From the human T2T-CHM13v2.0 reference genome, Homo sapiens: a stretch of DNA of 64,000 nucleotides. Location of the stretch: assembly GCF_009914755.1 (NCBI RefSeq), contig NC_060944.1, one strand, 5' to 3'. Position 1 is the stretch's first letter, and every line of letters starts with the position of its first letter. A model generated the notes under the pieces. That model saw only the letters and a list, made by a program, of their open reading frames with translations. It had not been told where the DNA came from and did no database searches. Positions 10,310-24,329 of the stretch are shown here, piece after piece. A program made the translations under genes and the position numbers.

Positions 10310-11880
10310 TATCTTGTGATTTAAATCCTGCCCCCTCCCCAAGAAGGTGGGGACGTTCAGAATCACACTTGAAGAGGGGGTGCATTGCCTGGTCCCAGGG
10401 AGAAGGAGGGAGCAGATGGGGAGGAATGAGGCAGGGAACCATGGTTGGGGTTTTCTGAATTTGCTGAAGCCACTAGTTGGCATCCTTTAACAATTCTACA
10501 AACCTTTAGATGGTGAGGCTTATGTGGCAGGACTGGGAGGGTTTAATGCATGCTTTTTGACAGTTTGGATCTGGAGGGGTCTCAGGCTTCCACAAAAATT
10601 ACATTGTGGACAGTTTCATAGGATTTTGCCTTTTAACTCTTCAAAGCAACAGTTTTCTCAACTGTCATCCCCGCGGGGGAGCAGAGGAAGACAAGTGAGA
10701 AGGAAAAGGGGACAGGATCTGGGTTGAGCAAGCATTAATTGAGCGCCTTCTGTATCCCGGACATCATGCCAACACCATGGGCTGCCCGAGAAGAGAGGTG
10801 GGTGGTTTGGTCCCCAGCTCTGCCTTGAACCCTCACCTGCTCTCCTCTACTCCCAGTGTTTATTGGATATTCCAGAACAGTCCAAACGAACCATAAACTT
10901 TATATCACAGATTCAATCTGTGTAAATACTATTATCTTCAAGTTGTAGTTTCTTTCTTGGGCCCAGGCTGTGAAATTGGCTTCACCCCTACCACACCCCA
11001 GCGGGCAGGCTTGTTCTTATGTCACACTCCACCCCTCCAGTCTCCTCAACTGGAAAACTTGCCTCTTTTCCTCACTTCCTCTGCTCCTTACAATGGCTTC
11101 ATATGGAAGGTGAAGCTGAGATCACCCCAATTTTACAGGTGAGGAAACTGAGGTCAAGCTAGGAGCGTCCAGCGGGGCTGAGAAATTGCCAGGATTTCCT
11201 TCCCCATTAAGGAGCTGAGAGTCTTAGCTCCAGACACGTTGGCTTGTTAGAATATCAAAACCACCGAAGGGGAAAAACCACTTACTGGAATTAAATGCTA
11301 TCTGCTGTATTAGTTTAAATCAGTGGCGTTCAAACTTGTTTCTCCTTTTCACTGCGGAACACGTTCTTGACATGTACTTGACTCAGAGTCCCATGTCTAA
11401 AGGAGACAGAGCCCAAGGCAGCCCACCTGAAGCTGGGGAGGGAGTCCAAAGTGCAAGCCACCTGGTCTCCATTTCCCCGCCCCTTGGGGGCCTTTGGGCA
11501 GCTCCTTGGACCCCTGAAAGAGGCCACCAGGATAAACTTTGTTAAAATGCATGCCTTGTGCCCCACTGTCCTATTACGGGCTTTCAGTAGTCTCCACTCC
11601 CTCGGCAGGCAAAGACACTGGCCATCTCCAAATTCCCTCCCCTCCTGCACAGCATCAGCCACCTGGCAAGCAGTCTCACATAGGACCATTTGCCAGCAGG
11701 CCCTGCAAGCCTGGGGGACAGCCTAGAGGAGGTGACTTACATACACAGCATAAGAGTTTTCAGGAGACCAAAAAGATTCAATATATGTCATTAACTCCTG
11801 ACTCAGTTTCCCCAAACCATGCCTCCTGAGTGCTCCCTCTGTCTCCAAATCCTGATTTTTGTGCGCGGACCCCTGTCTAC

Positions 11881-11886
11881 AATAAA
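11881..11886 (+). terminator. PCK1 candidate distal poly(A) signal AATAAA
   Basis: Canonical hexamer followed by a U/GU-rich tract (ttcttcaatgttctcttgtcgtg). Confidence 0.6.
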
Positions 11887-14800
11887 CAGGATCCTATGAC
11901 TTCATTCTTCAATGTTCTCTTGTCGTGCCTTCAGATGATGCAAAGTATGTAAGCTAAGCCCACTTGCAGGAAGCTCACAGAAGGCAAGAGGCTCATCACT
12001 TGAAAATACGGTTGGAGTGAGATGGAAAGCCCAGAGTCTCCTGATTCCTGGTCTACCACTGGACCACATGACTCCAAAACCAACACTGTGACTGACGTCC
12101 TCTACTGGAGTCCAGTGTAAGAGCTGTCCCCTGACCTCCAGGAAGCTGTGTTGCAGTCTGGGTTAAAGACCAGAAAACAATAGTTACACAGCAAATGTTG
12201 AACCAGGACAACAAACCTGCCCTTATTCCCAGTCGAGTCACTTAGGGGGCACTGACAGGTAGGCAGGCGGGGTGGCTAGGTGGGGCCGGGGCACACTTGG
12301 GAGTCAGGAGTTACAGGGCTCTTTCTCTTCTCTCCCTCTCCCTGGGGACCCACCCTAACCTGGACACCCCCGGGCTGCTCACTCGGCCCTCTGGATGCCA
12401 ACAGCATGCACCTTCCAGAGTGCACGGTTTTGGCTGTAAGACCGCAGGTCATGGGCCCTGTTGAGCTCCCTTGACCTGCAGCCCTGCCAGAGGGCACCGA
12501 GCCAGGGGAGCAGCTTTTGCTTTGTCCTCACCTTTAGCAATTGCAGCGATGAATTCATCTATGGGAAAGAGCTGGCCACCTGCTTCCTCCCTCCTGCCCT
12601 TTTTCCTTCCCTGGGGGCAGTAAACACTGACAACCTTGAACACAGCAGAGCTCTGCCGCTGGCCAGTGGGGTCTTCTTCTGTCTCCTCTGTGCCACTGGG
12701 GTCATATTACCTCTGGTGGAGTTCGATAAGGATGAAATAAACTAGCCCAGCGCAGTGCCGAATCTGCAGTCAGGAGGGTCTGCGTGTGAGCCGAGGCCCT
12801 ACATCTCCCTGGAAGTATGCCCTTAGGTGATTGCACGAAATGCTGAGCCTCAGGTTCCTCAACTGTAAAATGGGAGTGATGATTACTTTCTTCAGGGGGT
12901 TGTTGAAAAGCTCCAATGAGATGATGCCAGCCAGGGACTTGGCACACAGCTGGGCCTGGTGGGGGCGGTTGTTCTCATTTTTATTTCACTCCACCTCTCC
13001 GGGGTATGGGAGGTCGCTCCCCACCAAGCCGGCTGTCCCACTGATGACCGGCTGTGGCTCTGGAGTCGAAATCTGTCCTCTGTGCAGCCTCCACAACTCC
13101 TACTTTCACTGTGCATTTCAGGAAAAGGAGCTGAAGAGCGAAGTCAATCAGGAATATCAGAAGCATTTTTTTCTCTTCGTATGGCGAGCCCATCCCTGTA
13201 GGGAGCCACCTTCACCCTTCTCAAACATTTTAGCAGAAGACTCAGAGTTTGGGTCCAGGAATTCTATATTTAAGAAATGTGTCCTAAGGGAAAAATCATG
13301 AAAGTCTGCACAGATTTAGTTGCAAGGATGCTCATTATGGAGTTGTTTATCATGGCCAAAAATTAGGAACCAACCTAAATGCCCAACAATAGGAGATTAC
13401 TTAAAAGAAATTGTAGTCCTTTTGAGAACAGACAACTAGGCAGCCATTTAAAATGACTCTGCAAAAGATAAGTTATTGACATGCAATATTTGCCACCGGC
13501 TTCACCTGTGAAGGTAGATAATGAAAGGGTATCGAGTATTTGTACATTTATGCTTAGAAAAAAAAACTTTAAAAATACCATACAATGGTAACAGTAGCAG
13601 CTGGGTCCTGGGTTGTTTGATTGGGAGAACTGAGTTGCCTCATTCATATTTTCACCACATCATTCAGGCTACAGAACTTTGCTGCAAAAAGGGGAGCTTG
13701 GCAGAGGCAGGGGGTGCCCCCAAATTGAGAAAACCCTGAATGAACTGACTTTACCCCAGTGATCTAAGGTAAAGTTTCTTCCACGGGATGAAATGGGGGC
13801 TTGAGACAGAGATGAATTTCAGATGGGTTCTCAAGCAGATAAACTTGTTTCTGCTTTCCTGAAGTTTTGTCTGGAGATTTTCTGCTCCTCCTCACACAGG
13901 AAGCTCAGCATAGCGTGGACCTTTGAGAGGGGTTCAAAACACAGGCACTTGTGAAGGCCCCGCTCCCGGGACCACTGGGCAGATTCCAGGAAGAGTGGCC
14001 GGCACCGGATCGATGCGGGACTGATTGTTACAGAACTGTTTCCACGCACCATATTCTCTCTACAATCTGGGCCCTCTCTTAGCTCCACAATAGAGCTCAG
14101 AGGTTTCTCTGATGCTGCAGAGCCGGGATTTAGGGATGCCACAGAGGAGCGGCGGACGTCATTTGGTCCACAGTAGCACCGTAGTGGGACCAGGAACACA
14201 TTTGCCTTGTTGACACCTGCTTGCGTCTTTGCACTGGACACTTATTCCTGGGGGTGCTGGGCCTACACAGCCTGGGCCGCCTCAGAGCTGTTTCGTCTGT
14301 GAGCCCCTTGGTAAAGGGATATGTAAATGTGAATGTTCACCAGTCTGAATGGCAAAACTCCTCTCCAGGCGAGGCAATTTGCAGCAAAATATGCTGTAAA
14401 TATTTGTTCAGCCTGGGAAAATTACTCTAATTGCATAATTAAACTCGTTGTTGATGCTACTTCCGGACAGAATGCCTGCAGAGGAGGGCCCAGCCTGCAG
14501 CTGCCCTTCAGAGCTTTTTCAATAGAGAGACTGTTTGCAGAGACTTTTCTCTGGCCCCTGTCTCTTCACAGGGAGAACGAAGAAAGGAACTTGGGGAGAG
14601 GTTGTCTGTGGGAGAGAGGAGGGTGTGGAAAGGTCCCAGAATCAGAGGACCACTGGTGTGGGGCCTCGCGGATCCTCCCTGAGGATTAGGGCTATCTTCC
14701 AAATGCCCAACACACATTCCACGCTCCACGGACAGCTGGTAACTTGAGCCAACGATTCATTCACTGAAGTGGAAAAATATTAGTAGATTGAAAGAGATTT

Positions 14801-15132
14801 GCTTAAAAAGACATCAGATCCCAACTGAATCCAAAACCAGCGTTCCTTGCTAAGGTAACCACAGAAACACAATGCGAAGTGAAAGAAACTGGCCACACAA
14901 GACCCCTGTATTGCATGAGTCCGTTGATATGAAGCGTCTGGAATAGGGAAGCCTGTAGAGACAGAAAGTAGTTTAGGGGTTGTCGGGGGTCAGGGGAGGA
15001 AGCAGTGGGGAGGGACTGCTGACCCCTGACCCCCGACAGCTGCAGGGTGTTTTGTGGGGGGTAATGAAAATATTCCAAAGTTAGATTGTAGTAGAGTTTC
15101 CAGAATCCTGTGAGTATATGAAAAAGCATTAA

Positions 15133-15476
<344 letters not shown>

Positions 15477-18400
15477 AGAAATGGGTGGGTTTTATGATAT
15501 GTAAGTTACAGCTCCATAAAGTTGTAAGTAAAAGAATAATATAACCAAGACAAAATATACCAAAGATTCTGAGTTAGAGGCCTGCATTCACCATGTTGAA
15601 AAGAGAGCTGAGGAAGGAAGAGGTGTGTGCACCCCACTGAGACTCTGTCCTTTGAATCTGGAGGAGTAAAAAAAAAATGGAAAAAGGATGGACTTTCTCC
15701 TTATGGATTCAACGTCATTTAATGCCAGGCCAATGATCCTCCTAAAACTACCACAAGTACCATAAAATTATGTCATGTCACCAGCAACTGGATGTGAAAC
15801 TGAGGCCACAGGGGGCAAAGACCTGCAAAAGTTACTTGGCTAGCAGGTGGGAGAGTGGGAGCCACCAGGAGCCTCAACTTCTAGGCTGACCCCACTGGCA
15901 TTGAGTCAGGAGACCAAGAACCCCACCCCAGCCTCTCAGCCCATCAGGAAACCCACACAAACTGCTTAGACAGCTGCAGGGAGGGTTTGGCTCGTGTCAC
16001 TGCATAGGGGAGGGTCTAGACACAGGGCAGGGGCCCTGGACCCAGAGGCTCCAATATGGCAGGAGGGGTCCTATTTCCTTCTCCCCTCTCCCTAGCAGCA
16101 GAAATCTCTGGAATGGAAGTATTCACTACAACGCTAAGCTTCTGGTGTGGCCTGAAGACAGTCCCTTCATCTCTGAGCCTGTTTCCCCAGCTGTACAATG
16201 AGCACTCTGCCTTGGTCCCTGGAAGCCTTCCCTGCCATGAGGTTGGAGTCACGTGGTTCTTCGGTGGGACCCTTAGAATTAGGATTTAGTGAGCCCAGGT
16301 CCAGGCGTGGGGAGAGTGACAAGGCAGAGAGCGCGGCTGACTTCATGAGACACGATGAGAATGATTCCTCCCCAAGTAGTTCACTGTAGCTCAGCAGTGT
16401 GCCTGAAATCCCACTACCGGGATCCCCTATTGCCCCACTTGATGACACCATCTATCCCCACCTGCTTCTGAGTTGATCTGGGAAAGGACAGTGGGGAACA
16501 CAAGGCTCAGACTCATAGGTATAACCCCAGGTCCCCTCCATTCTGGCCCAAAGCCTGGTTCATCCATAGGCCTCAAAAGTCAGCTAGAAATCCCCAACCT
16601 GCTGCTGGTTGTTTGTCTTTAGGGGCATGTGTGAGGGGTTTAGCTCAGACCTCAAGATATCGATCTATCTTTAAGAGAAGCTCCTGGCTTCTCCCAGGGA
16701 GATGAGAGGGTACCTGTTCTATGGCCCAGAGGGCAGCATGAGGACCCTCATCCCAGGGAAGCCAGCATCTGGAAGACCTTGTCTGCCATGCCAGTTGCCA
16801 ACCTCTGGAGGGTTCAAGGCTATTTTTCAGGGACGGGTGAAGATAGCTCCTTGCACCCAGTGGAAGCTGGAAGAGCTCGTGAAATTCTCTGCCAAGGCCA
16901 AGGCTCTCAAATCTAGGTGAGCGGACACATGAGCCTGGGCCGCCCAAGACTGGCCCTGGGAGACCAGTCTAGCCCAGTTGGAGCCTCCTGGGCTGAGCCT
17001 AGCCCTTGGGGTTGGCATTAGTCCCCTGCCCCATAGTTCCCCTGGTTAATAGAACTCAGGTCTGGCCTCCATGGGTGCGGAGGCTGTGGCTGTCTGTTTG
17101 AAGCCTCAACGAGGGTTCATCACCATTAAGGACGGAGACCGGGGAGCCGGGGGGCCGGTGACTCACTCAGCAGCTGCTCCCCTGTTATGTAAAGTGGAGC
17201 TCAGAGCCATTAGCCGATAGGAGATGAAATTTACATTTTGAATTAACTCGGATCATCAGACTGCTTCTTCTCGACCCAGGGAAATTGAACATCAAGTTGG
17301 AGGGAACTGTGGGCAGGAGGGGTGGGGGCTCAGCCAAGCATGCCGGATTGCCTTTTTCTTTTTTATTTTTTTCAACAGGCTGCAGGCAAAGGGGACAGGA
17401 GGACGCTGCTGCGAAGTCAGTCTTAAAGAGAGAGGGAGAGAGAAAGTGGAGTTACTCATTTTCTGTTTTCCTCGGGCAGAAGCACAATAAATCAGCATGG
17501 CAGAATTAAATTCTGATCTGTCCAATTTCCTCCATCTCACCCTCTCCTAATAGTGATTATTTATTGAACACTTATTGTGTGCCCAGCACTTAGCTAAACA
17601 CTTTATAGATAAGGGAGAAGTGAATTTGTCTTTCCCCTTCTTTGTTTCCCCAACCCGCATTTCTAGTGGGGAGGGGGTCTGATGAGAGAAGTAGAGAGAC
17701 CGAATTTTATGGACAACACAAAGTGCTGAGTTATGTTAGGAAGCCTTCTGGGTCTTTTAGAGGCAGCATTTGGGAATCTGAGTCCCTAAAGCCTCCTGTG
17801 ACCACAATGCACAGTGAAACCTGCTGTTCTGTCCAAGGGGCCCTGTGGACAGCACCCCCTAGAGGTGTGTGTTGCACCTCTCCTCTCAGAGCCCAGATGA
17901 GAGCGCACAGCTGAGAGACACAGCTGTTCTGAGTCAAGCCTTGCAGGCTGGGATGGGGATTCAGGAGGAAAGGTGAAGTTGTTTCCACCTTCCTTTGGCC
18001 TCGGAGTTTGTCTGCGATCAGCTGCTAGTGAGAGTTTCCTTCCTGGAAAGGGACTGGGTCCAGATGTCCTTCTAACTTGGTTTAGAACTGACTTCCTGTG
18101 TCACTCAACTCCCCAACAACTCGGGCTGTGGGAACAGGGGTTCTCTTTCTACTGGGTCTTCCTGGCCTCATGGACAAACTGACTCCCAGGAACTGGGTTA
18201 CATATAACTCAACTTTCGGTGGGTTCACCTGATGCAACCTCATGTCCTTCATGTCCTGCCCTGAGATGTGTCAGAAGAGGTCAGACCTCCTTGCACCATG
18301 GGTATGGGTTCTATCAGTGAAGTGATGGTCCCTGGGGCCCCTCTAACATGGGGGTTACAGTCACTGCATAAGTGTGGAGAACAACTACTGATTCAAGTCT

Positions 18401-18842
18401 GTGCTGGTAACAGCAGGGTCAACTTTTCGTGTTGCTGAGCATGAGAGAATGTGCTTTGAGGAGTGACATTTTTGTTCTGTTCCCAGCTGGCGGATGCCTC
18501 CCTAGAATGGCAATTCTCCAAGATCAATCTGTCACTTTCCAATGAATAGTTATCGAACAGCTTCTGACTGCCTGGCACTTAGAGTCAGCCCAAGTGCTTA
18601 GATGAGCTGATCAGGACTGTCTTTCCTAATGAATTGGTCCCACAGGGGGCCCTGTCCTTTTCCCAGGGTCACTGAAAAACTTCAAGCCTCAAGGTATAAG
18701 GAGTAATATTTTCTCTAAGGAGAATCTACGTTACTATTCTGCCCCATTCAGAACTGCCTGATGGTCAGTCTCCTGTTCCATCCCCTCACATTTTGGAATT
18801 CTGCCTGGGCAGTGAGGGAAGGTGCATTTGCATTCCACCTCC

Positions 18843-19180
18843 CCCCTTCCTTCCTTCCTTCCTTCCTTCCTTCCTTCCTTTCTTCCTTCCTTTCTTCCTT
18901 CCTTTCATCCATCCAGTCATCCATCCTTCTGTCCATCTATCCATCCATCCATCCTTCCTTCCTTCCATCCATTCATCCACCCTTGTATTCATTGTTCCAG
19001 CCTTTACTCTTCCATTTAATTATTCTTTCTCATATTCTCCAACTATCTATGCCTCTGGATGCTTGTCATCCATCTGTACATCCATCTAATGGTCCATCAA
19101 CCTCCAATAAGTCACTCATCTGATCTCCATCCAGTCCATCAATGATCAACCCTGCATCCATCCTCAATCCATCCTTTCAT
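18843..19180. repeat. (CCTT)n followed by degenerate (TCCA)n
   Basis: Read directly. Confidence 0.9.
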
Positions 19181-20729
19181 CTTATCACTAAGGACACATA
19201 GCTCCCCATCTGTGAGAGCCGAGTTTGAATTAGCCCTGCCTGGTTTTTCCACATGCCTTCAGGATACAAATAACTGCACCCAGACATAGCAGACAAGCTA
19301 GGTGTCCTGAGAGGTGTAGACAGGTTGTTTCAAAGTTTCAGAGGAAGGAGAAGGAGCATCAGGGAAAGCTCCTCAGAGGAAGCAGTGTTTGAGTACTCTC
19401 ATAAAATAACATCATATTTGGAAAGTCAAGATATAACTGGAAAACTGTAGGCATTCCAGCGGATTATGGGATCTGCGTGAGGATTGGGTGGATGGAGGTA
19501 GAGTGGTTGGAGAATCAACAGAGGGTGAGTAGAGAGGTAGATGCTGTGTAGACGGCTGGAGGTTGAAAGGATGGATGAGAGGTTTGGTCAGATTAAAGGG
19601 TGTGGAAGTGGGAACAGAAGAAAGGTAGTGTGGCCCCCTCCCATGCTAGGGCAGATTATGAAAAACCATGCCGTGTAACTGAGCAAGGGTTGATTTTGTT
19701 AGACAGGGAGGTAGAGAAGCTTGTGGATGATGAGCGAGCCCCCAGGGAGAGTGGCCTTTTCCAAAAGCTCCTCTGGTATTGTATGCCCTCTGCACTGGGG
19801 GTGGTGATCAGTGCTGTTCTTCTCAACTTGGGGATATGGGGGCCAGAGACGCCATGGAGTACAGGCCCTAACCCTCTAGCTATTCTGCAGTCTGCCATCA
19901 ATCAAGTGCTCATGGCTAAAACTCCAGCCAACAAGGAACTTGAACAACACAAGTCTAGAAAACAGGCTGTTGTCAAGAGTTTGACTGATTGATGGTTTGG
20001 AGCTCAGAAAAAGTTTCCCCATGGTCATTTCTTAATGGCCATTTCAGAACAAAGGGGCAGAGGAAACCAAACACCTTCCCAGGGTCTTGCCTCTGGCAGG
20101 GGAGAAATTGAGGTCTTTGATGGTTTCAGATGTAAGTGCTACCCTGCCGTTAGGCTAAAATTTCCAGTATTTGAAAAGTCCCAAGCTAATTTTCAGGGAG
20201 GAAATTAGATGAGAAGTGGCTTTTAAAACATGGAGAATCTTATGTTTAAAAACTTGGGTTGCCAAGGAAACTCTCTCTTCAATACTTCCTTGCCACCATG
20301 TTGTAAATTAAGCCCCTAACTGAAAGGTAATTAAGGTAATTGGTGGCACTGCTGCAGAGAGAATGTGGCAAGGCAGCCGGAGGGAAGGAGCCCCCAACCT
20401 TTTAGGGCACACAACCCCCTTAGCTCTGGGGAAGCTGCATCCATTACTGCATGTGAGGGCCTTGAAGGCACCTTTGGAGAAGGCAGACCAGCAAACAGCT
20501 GTGAGCCATGCTCAGTGAAAGGCCAAGGAAAGGAAATCTGAAATGTCACGCTGCTACCCTGTTGGTTTTGAATAGGTGAAAGCTCCATGAGTCAGTTAAT
20601 GAGCAGATTGGGAAGGGCTGCAGTGTTCTGGCCCCCTGCAGCCAGGTTAATGTATGTGGTATCAGGAGAGAGCTTCAGCAATTGTTTTCTGTCACTTTCA
20701 GGAAGGAGGCAATTAGTTTGTGGTCCCAG

Positions 20730-21178
20730 CCATCCAGCAATCCATCTGTCCATTCATTCATCTCTCTATCTGTTCATTCATCTGTCCATCTGAACATCTA
20801 TCCACCCACCGTCTATCCACCCACCAAGCCAGCCATCCACCTATGTATTTGTTTATCCACTCATCCATCTATCTGTTCACCTGTTCATCCATCTACCCAC
20901 TCTCCCCACATACACAGCTGGATGGATGGGCATATCAATGAATGGAAGGATGGATGGATGGATGGGTGGATGGATGGATGAATAATGGGAGGGGTGAATG
21001 AGTGGGTGGAGAATAGACAGATGGATAGTGGATGAGTGCATAGCTACTATCCATCTGTCCACCTATCTCCATTTACTTATCTATGCAGCCACCCACCTAC
21101 ACGTCCATCCATCCATCATCTATTCATCATCCATCCTCCATCCGACCGTCTATCAGTTCATCTCCTGCCCATCCATCT
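20730..21178. repeat. Degenerate (TCCA)n/(TGGA)n/(TCCA)n
   Basis: Read directly. Confidence 0.9.
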
Positions 21179-23006
21179 AGTAAGTAAACATTTCCTAAGC
21201 ATCCATAATTATAGTGACAACATCTCCCACTCACTGAGAGATAAGGTATGTCAAGGCCTTTCCAGGCACAATCTCTTTAGATCCTTCCCTCAACACTGTG
21301 ACTTCTGGAATGTGCCCCATTCCAGAAATGAGGCAGTAGAGAGGTTCTCACAGCTAGCAAAGGTGAGAGCTTGGATTTTAACTCTTGTCTATACCCTGGG
21401 TGCAAATTCCTAGGAGAGGGGCAGTGGCTTTTATCATCATCTATCTCTGCATCTTTGAGCCTGGAGAACAAGATGTGAAGGAGGGTGGGGACAGAGAGCT
21501 TGGCTGAAGCACTGGGAAAGGGACCTGTGTCTCAGGCTCCAGGGGCCAGGGGCTGTCAGTGACCCAGGTCCAAATGCCCTGGCTCTGACCTGCCCTAGCA
21601 CACCCTTCTGCACATACCTAGGCCTTTCCTCTTCCCACGGGGTAAACACTGCCAGCGTGGTCAGGTTGCTGGTGCCAAGGTGAAAAGTCCATGGATCAGA
21701 AACCGGGCCCCCCTGGGAAGTGCCGTTCCCAGAAGCTGAGGCCTTTCTTCCAGTAAACTTTGGCCTCCTTCTTTCTGGCCGTGACTCCCCATGCACAGGG
21801 AGTCCAGGTTCACATCAAAGGGGTGGGGAAGGGGAGAGAGGGGTGTGCAGCTGAGCACCCCATGGCCCAGCACTGCACTGCGCTGGGGCTTCAGGTGCTT
21901 CCTCATAGTCAATTCAGTCAACATCCCAACTGGGGGTGGGTCTCAGTCTTCTCACTTTGCAGAGAAGGAGACTGAGGTTCATAGTGGCAAAGTAACTCTC
22001 CCCAGGTCACATGGTTAGTTTCAGGGAGAGAAGTCTCATCTCGAACCCTGATATCAGCAGGCAGCAGCTGGAGCCAGACTGCAGTGGGCCTAGGGGTGAT
22101 AAGTGGGCTCCGCTGTCAGCCAGGCACTTCTGAGCTGTGTGACCCTGAGTGAGTCCCTTAACCTCTCTGTGTCTCAACTCCCTCTTCCTACTTACAGGGT
22201 TGAGAAGACTCACAGAAGGGGTGTACACCAAGTGCTTTGGATACTCTCGGCACTCAATAAATGTGGGCTCCGTGCAGTACTTGTCTCCTGTGTGTAGTGG
22301 AATTCTGCAGGGAAAAGTTTGTTGGGCAGAGGAGTCCCACTGCTGCATGCTGGCTGAAGGGCTGCGGCTGCACTTTGCGGGAGGCTGAAGAGCCAGGAGA
22401 AGCGAGGATCGATCTGCTGTCATTCAGCCCCAGGAAGGGCACCCTGAGGCCTGACAGCTCCTCCACCACTGTGGCAAACTGCAATCCCGGGAGAGGCTGC
22501 CACCTTGCTGAGGGATGGGTGGGAGCTAGTCCCTGGGAGGGGGTTCCCCTGCATGTGTCCTTCACAACTCTCTTCACAGGCAAAACCCGGGGACAAGTGT
22601 TAAGAGCTCTTTGTCATCCATCTAATGAACATTTGTTGAGTGAACCCCCGAGGAGCAGGAGCTGTCTTGTCCTTACCTCCTCTGACTCTGGTGCCCAGAA
22701 CACTGCCTGGTGACACCCACTGGAGCTGACCCTCCCAAGGGCTCCTGTGTACCAGCAGAGAAGGCATTTCCAACAGGCTGCCTCTCCGAGCCCAGTCTAC
22801 CCTCTAAGGCAGCCATCACCTGTGTCCTGCTCACCGGGCTTAGGGGGCCAAGATAGCCAAGGTCACTGGGATCCTAAGGAACAGAGTGGGATTTGAACCC
22901 CAATGTGTCTGAGCCCAGAGGCACTGCCTCCACCACTCTCTCCATCTGCTGGCCCCAACTGCTTTGCAGATGTTACCAGTGTCTACCGGTTGGTAAAGGC
23001 TGGCTC

Positions 23007-23344
23007 AACCCTGGAGCATCTACTGAGTGCTGTCTCCACCGCAGGGGCTGGGGGACTCACGGGAAAGCCAGACACAGTCCAACTGGGACCAATCCTGGAG
23101 CATCTACTGAGTGCCGTCTCCACAGCAGGGGCTGGGGGACTCACGGGAAAGCCAGACACAGTCCAACTGGGACCAACCCTGGAGCATCTACTGAGTGCTG
23201 TCTCCACCGCAGGGGCTGGGGGACTCACGGGAAAGCCAGACACAGTCCAACTGGGACCAATCCTGGAGCATCTACTGAGTGCCGTCTCCACAGCAGGGGC
23301 TGGGGGACTCACGGGAAAGCCAGACACAGTCCAACTGGGACCAA
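23007..23344. repeat. 84-bp minisatellite x4 (A-B-A-B)
   Basis: ctggagcatc recurs at 23011, 23095, 23179 and 23263. Confidence 0.97.
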
Positions 23345-24329
23345 GGGCTTCTGAGGCCACCGCACATGCTATGGTTTTCTGCCAGGGGTACTTGCCCAGG
23401 AGTCAGCTCTGGAAACACTTTGGAGCTGCTTCCCAAGGCCAGAGCGAAAGCCTGCCCCACTACTCCTTCCTGGAGCAAAATCTGAATATGTACTCCCTAT
23501 GGAGTTTGCCCCAGGTGCCAGGGGCTGTGCTGAGCCCCCTCCCATGGTCTCCCCTGAAAGCCCGAGGGAAATGCTGTCTTCATTCCCATGCTGTCAATGA
23601 GACAACCATGGGGAATGAGCCGTGAGCACCACCATCTTTCTTGTCCCTTCGAACATCTCCAAGTCAGATAATCATAACAATAGTGGCAGGCATCCCACAT
23701 TCGTATAAGCTGGCAGTCCGTCCTGCCTTGGCCCCCGGCCCAGTTAAGCAGAGGGAGGTGGTGCTGTGCCCTGCATCTCTATGGATGGGGAAACTGAGGC
23801 TCGGGGCTGGGAGGAGGCAGATCTGAGGGCTTCTGAGTTTCTCCTCCTCCTGCAGACAAAGAGAGTCACCCAAGGTCATCAGAGCTGCCGCGGCGGCAAA
23901 ACAACAATGTTCTGACTTCTGGTCAGGTCCTCCTTCCATCACGACGCTCCAGCATGGGAGGGGAGGCAGGCGTGGGGGCCGTCAGGGGCCTCTTTAATTC
24001 ATGAGTTACTGGCAGAAGCACAATCTCCAGGGAAGATTGATGACCGGCTGCAGGTATTGGTGGGCGGATTCATAAAGCTGTCGGCAGCAGGCCGTAAATC
24101 AAATGAATATTCAAGATTCCGCCTCAGGAGCAATTCCCCGGCTCCGACAATAACAAGATGGATGTGGGCAGGAAGGCAGGCGTGGTGGCCTCAGAAGCCC
24201 TCGGCCCTGGAATGAGGCACCGCACTTGCTCATAACTTCAGCATCTGCCTGGGAAATCTGGGCAGCTCAGAAGAGGGAGGAGAGCAGATCGTGGACCCCA
24301 GACCCAAACGCGGACCCCATGTTGAGGAT

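Noticed and set aside
17851-17865. Weaker CTCF-like motifs (also about 52437 and 53860)
   Set aside because: Mismatch at the conserved GGC cytosine; cannot be supported without ChIP data.
18748-21180. Short ORFs over CCTT/TCCA repeats and the many Alu-derived ORFs elsewhere
   Set aside because: Translations of simple repeats or Alu sequence.
23007-23344. CRISPR-like regular repeats
   Set aside because: No unique spacers and no cas genes; it is a eukaryotic minisatellite.
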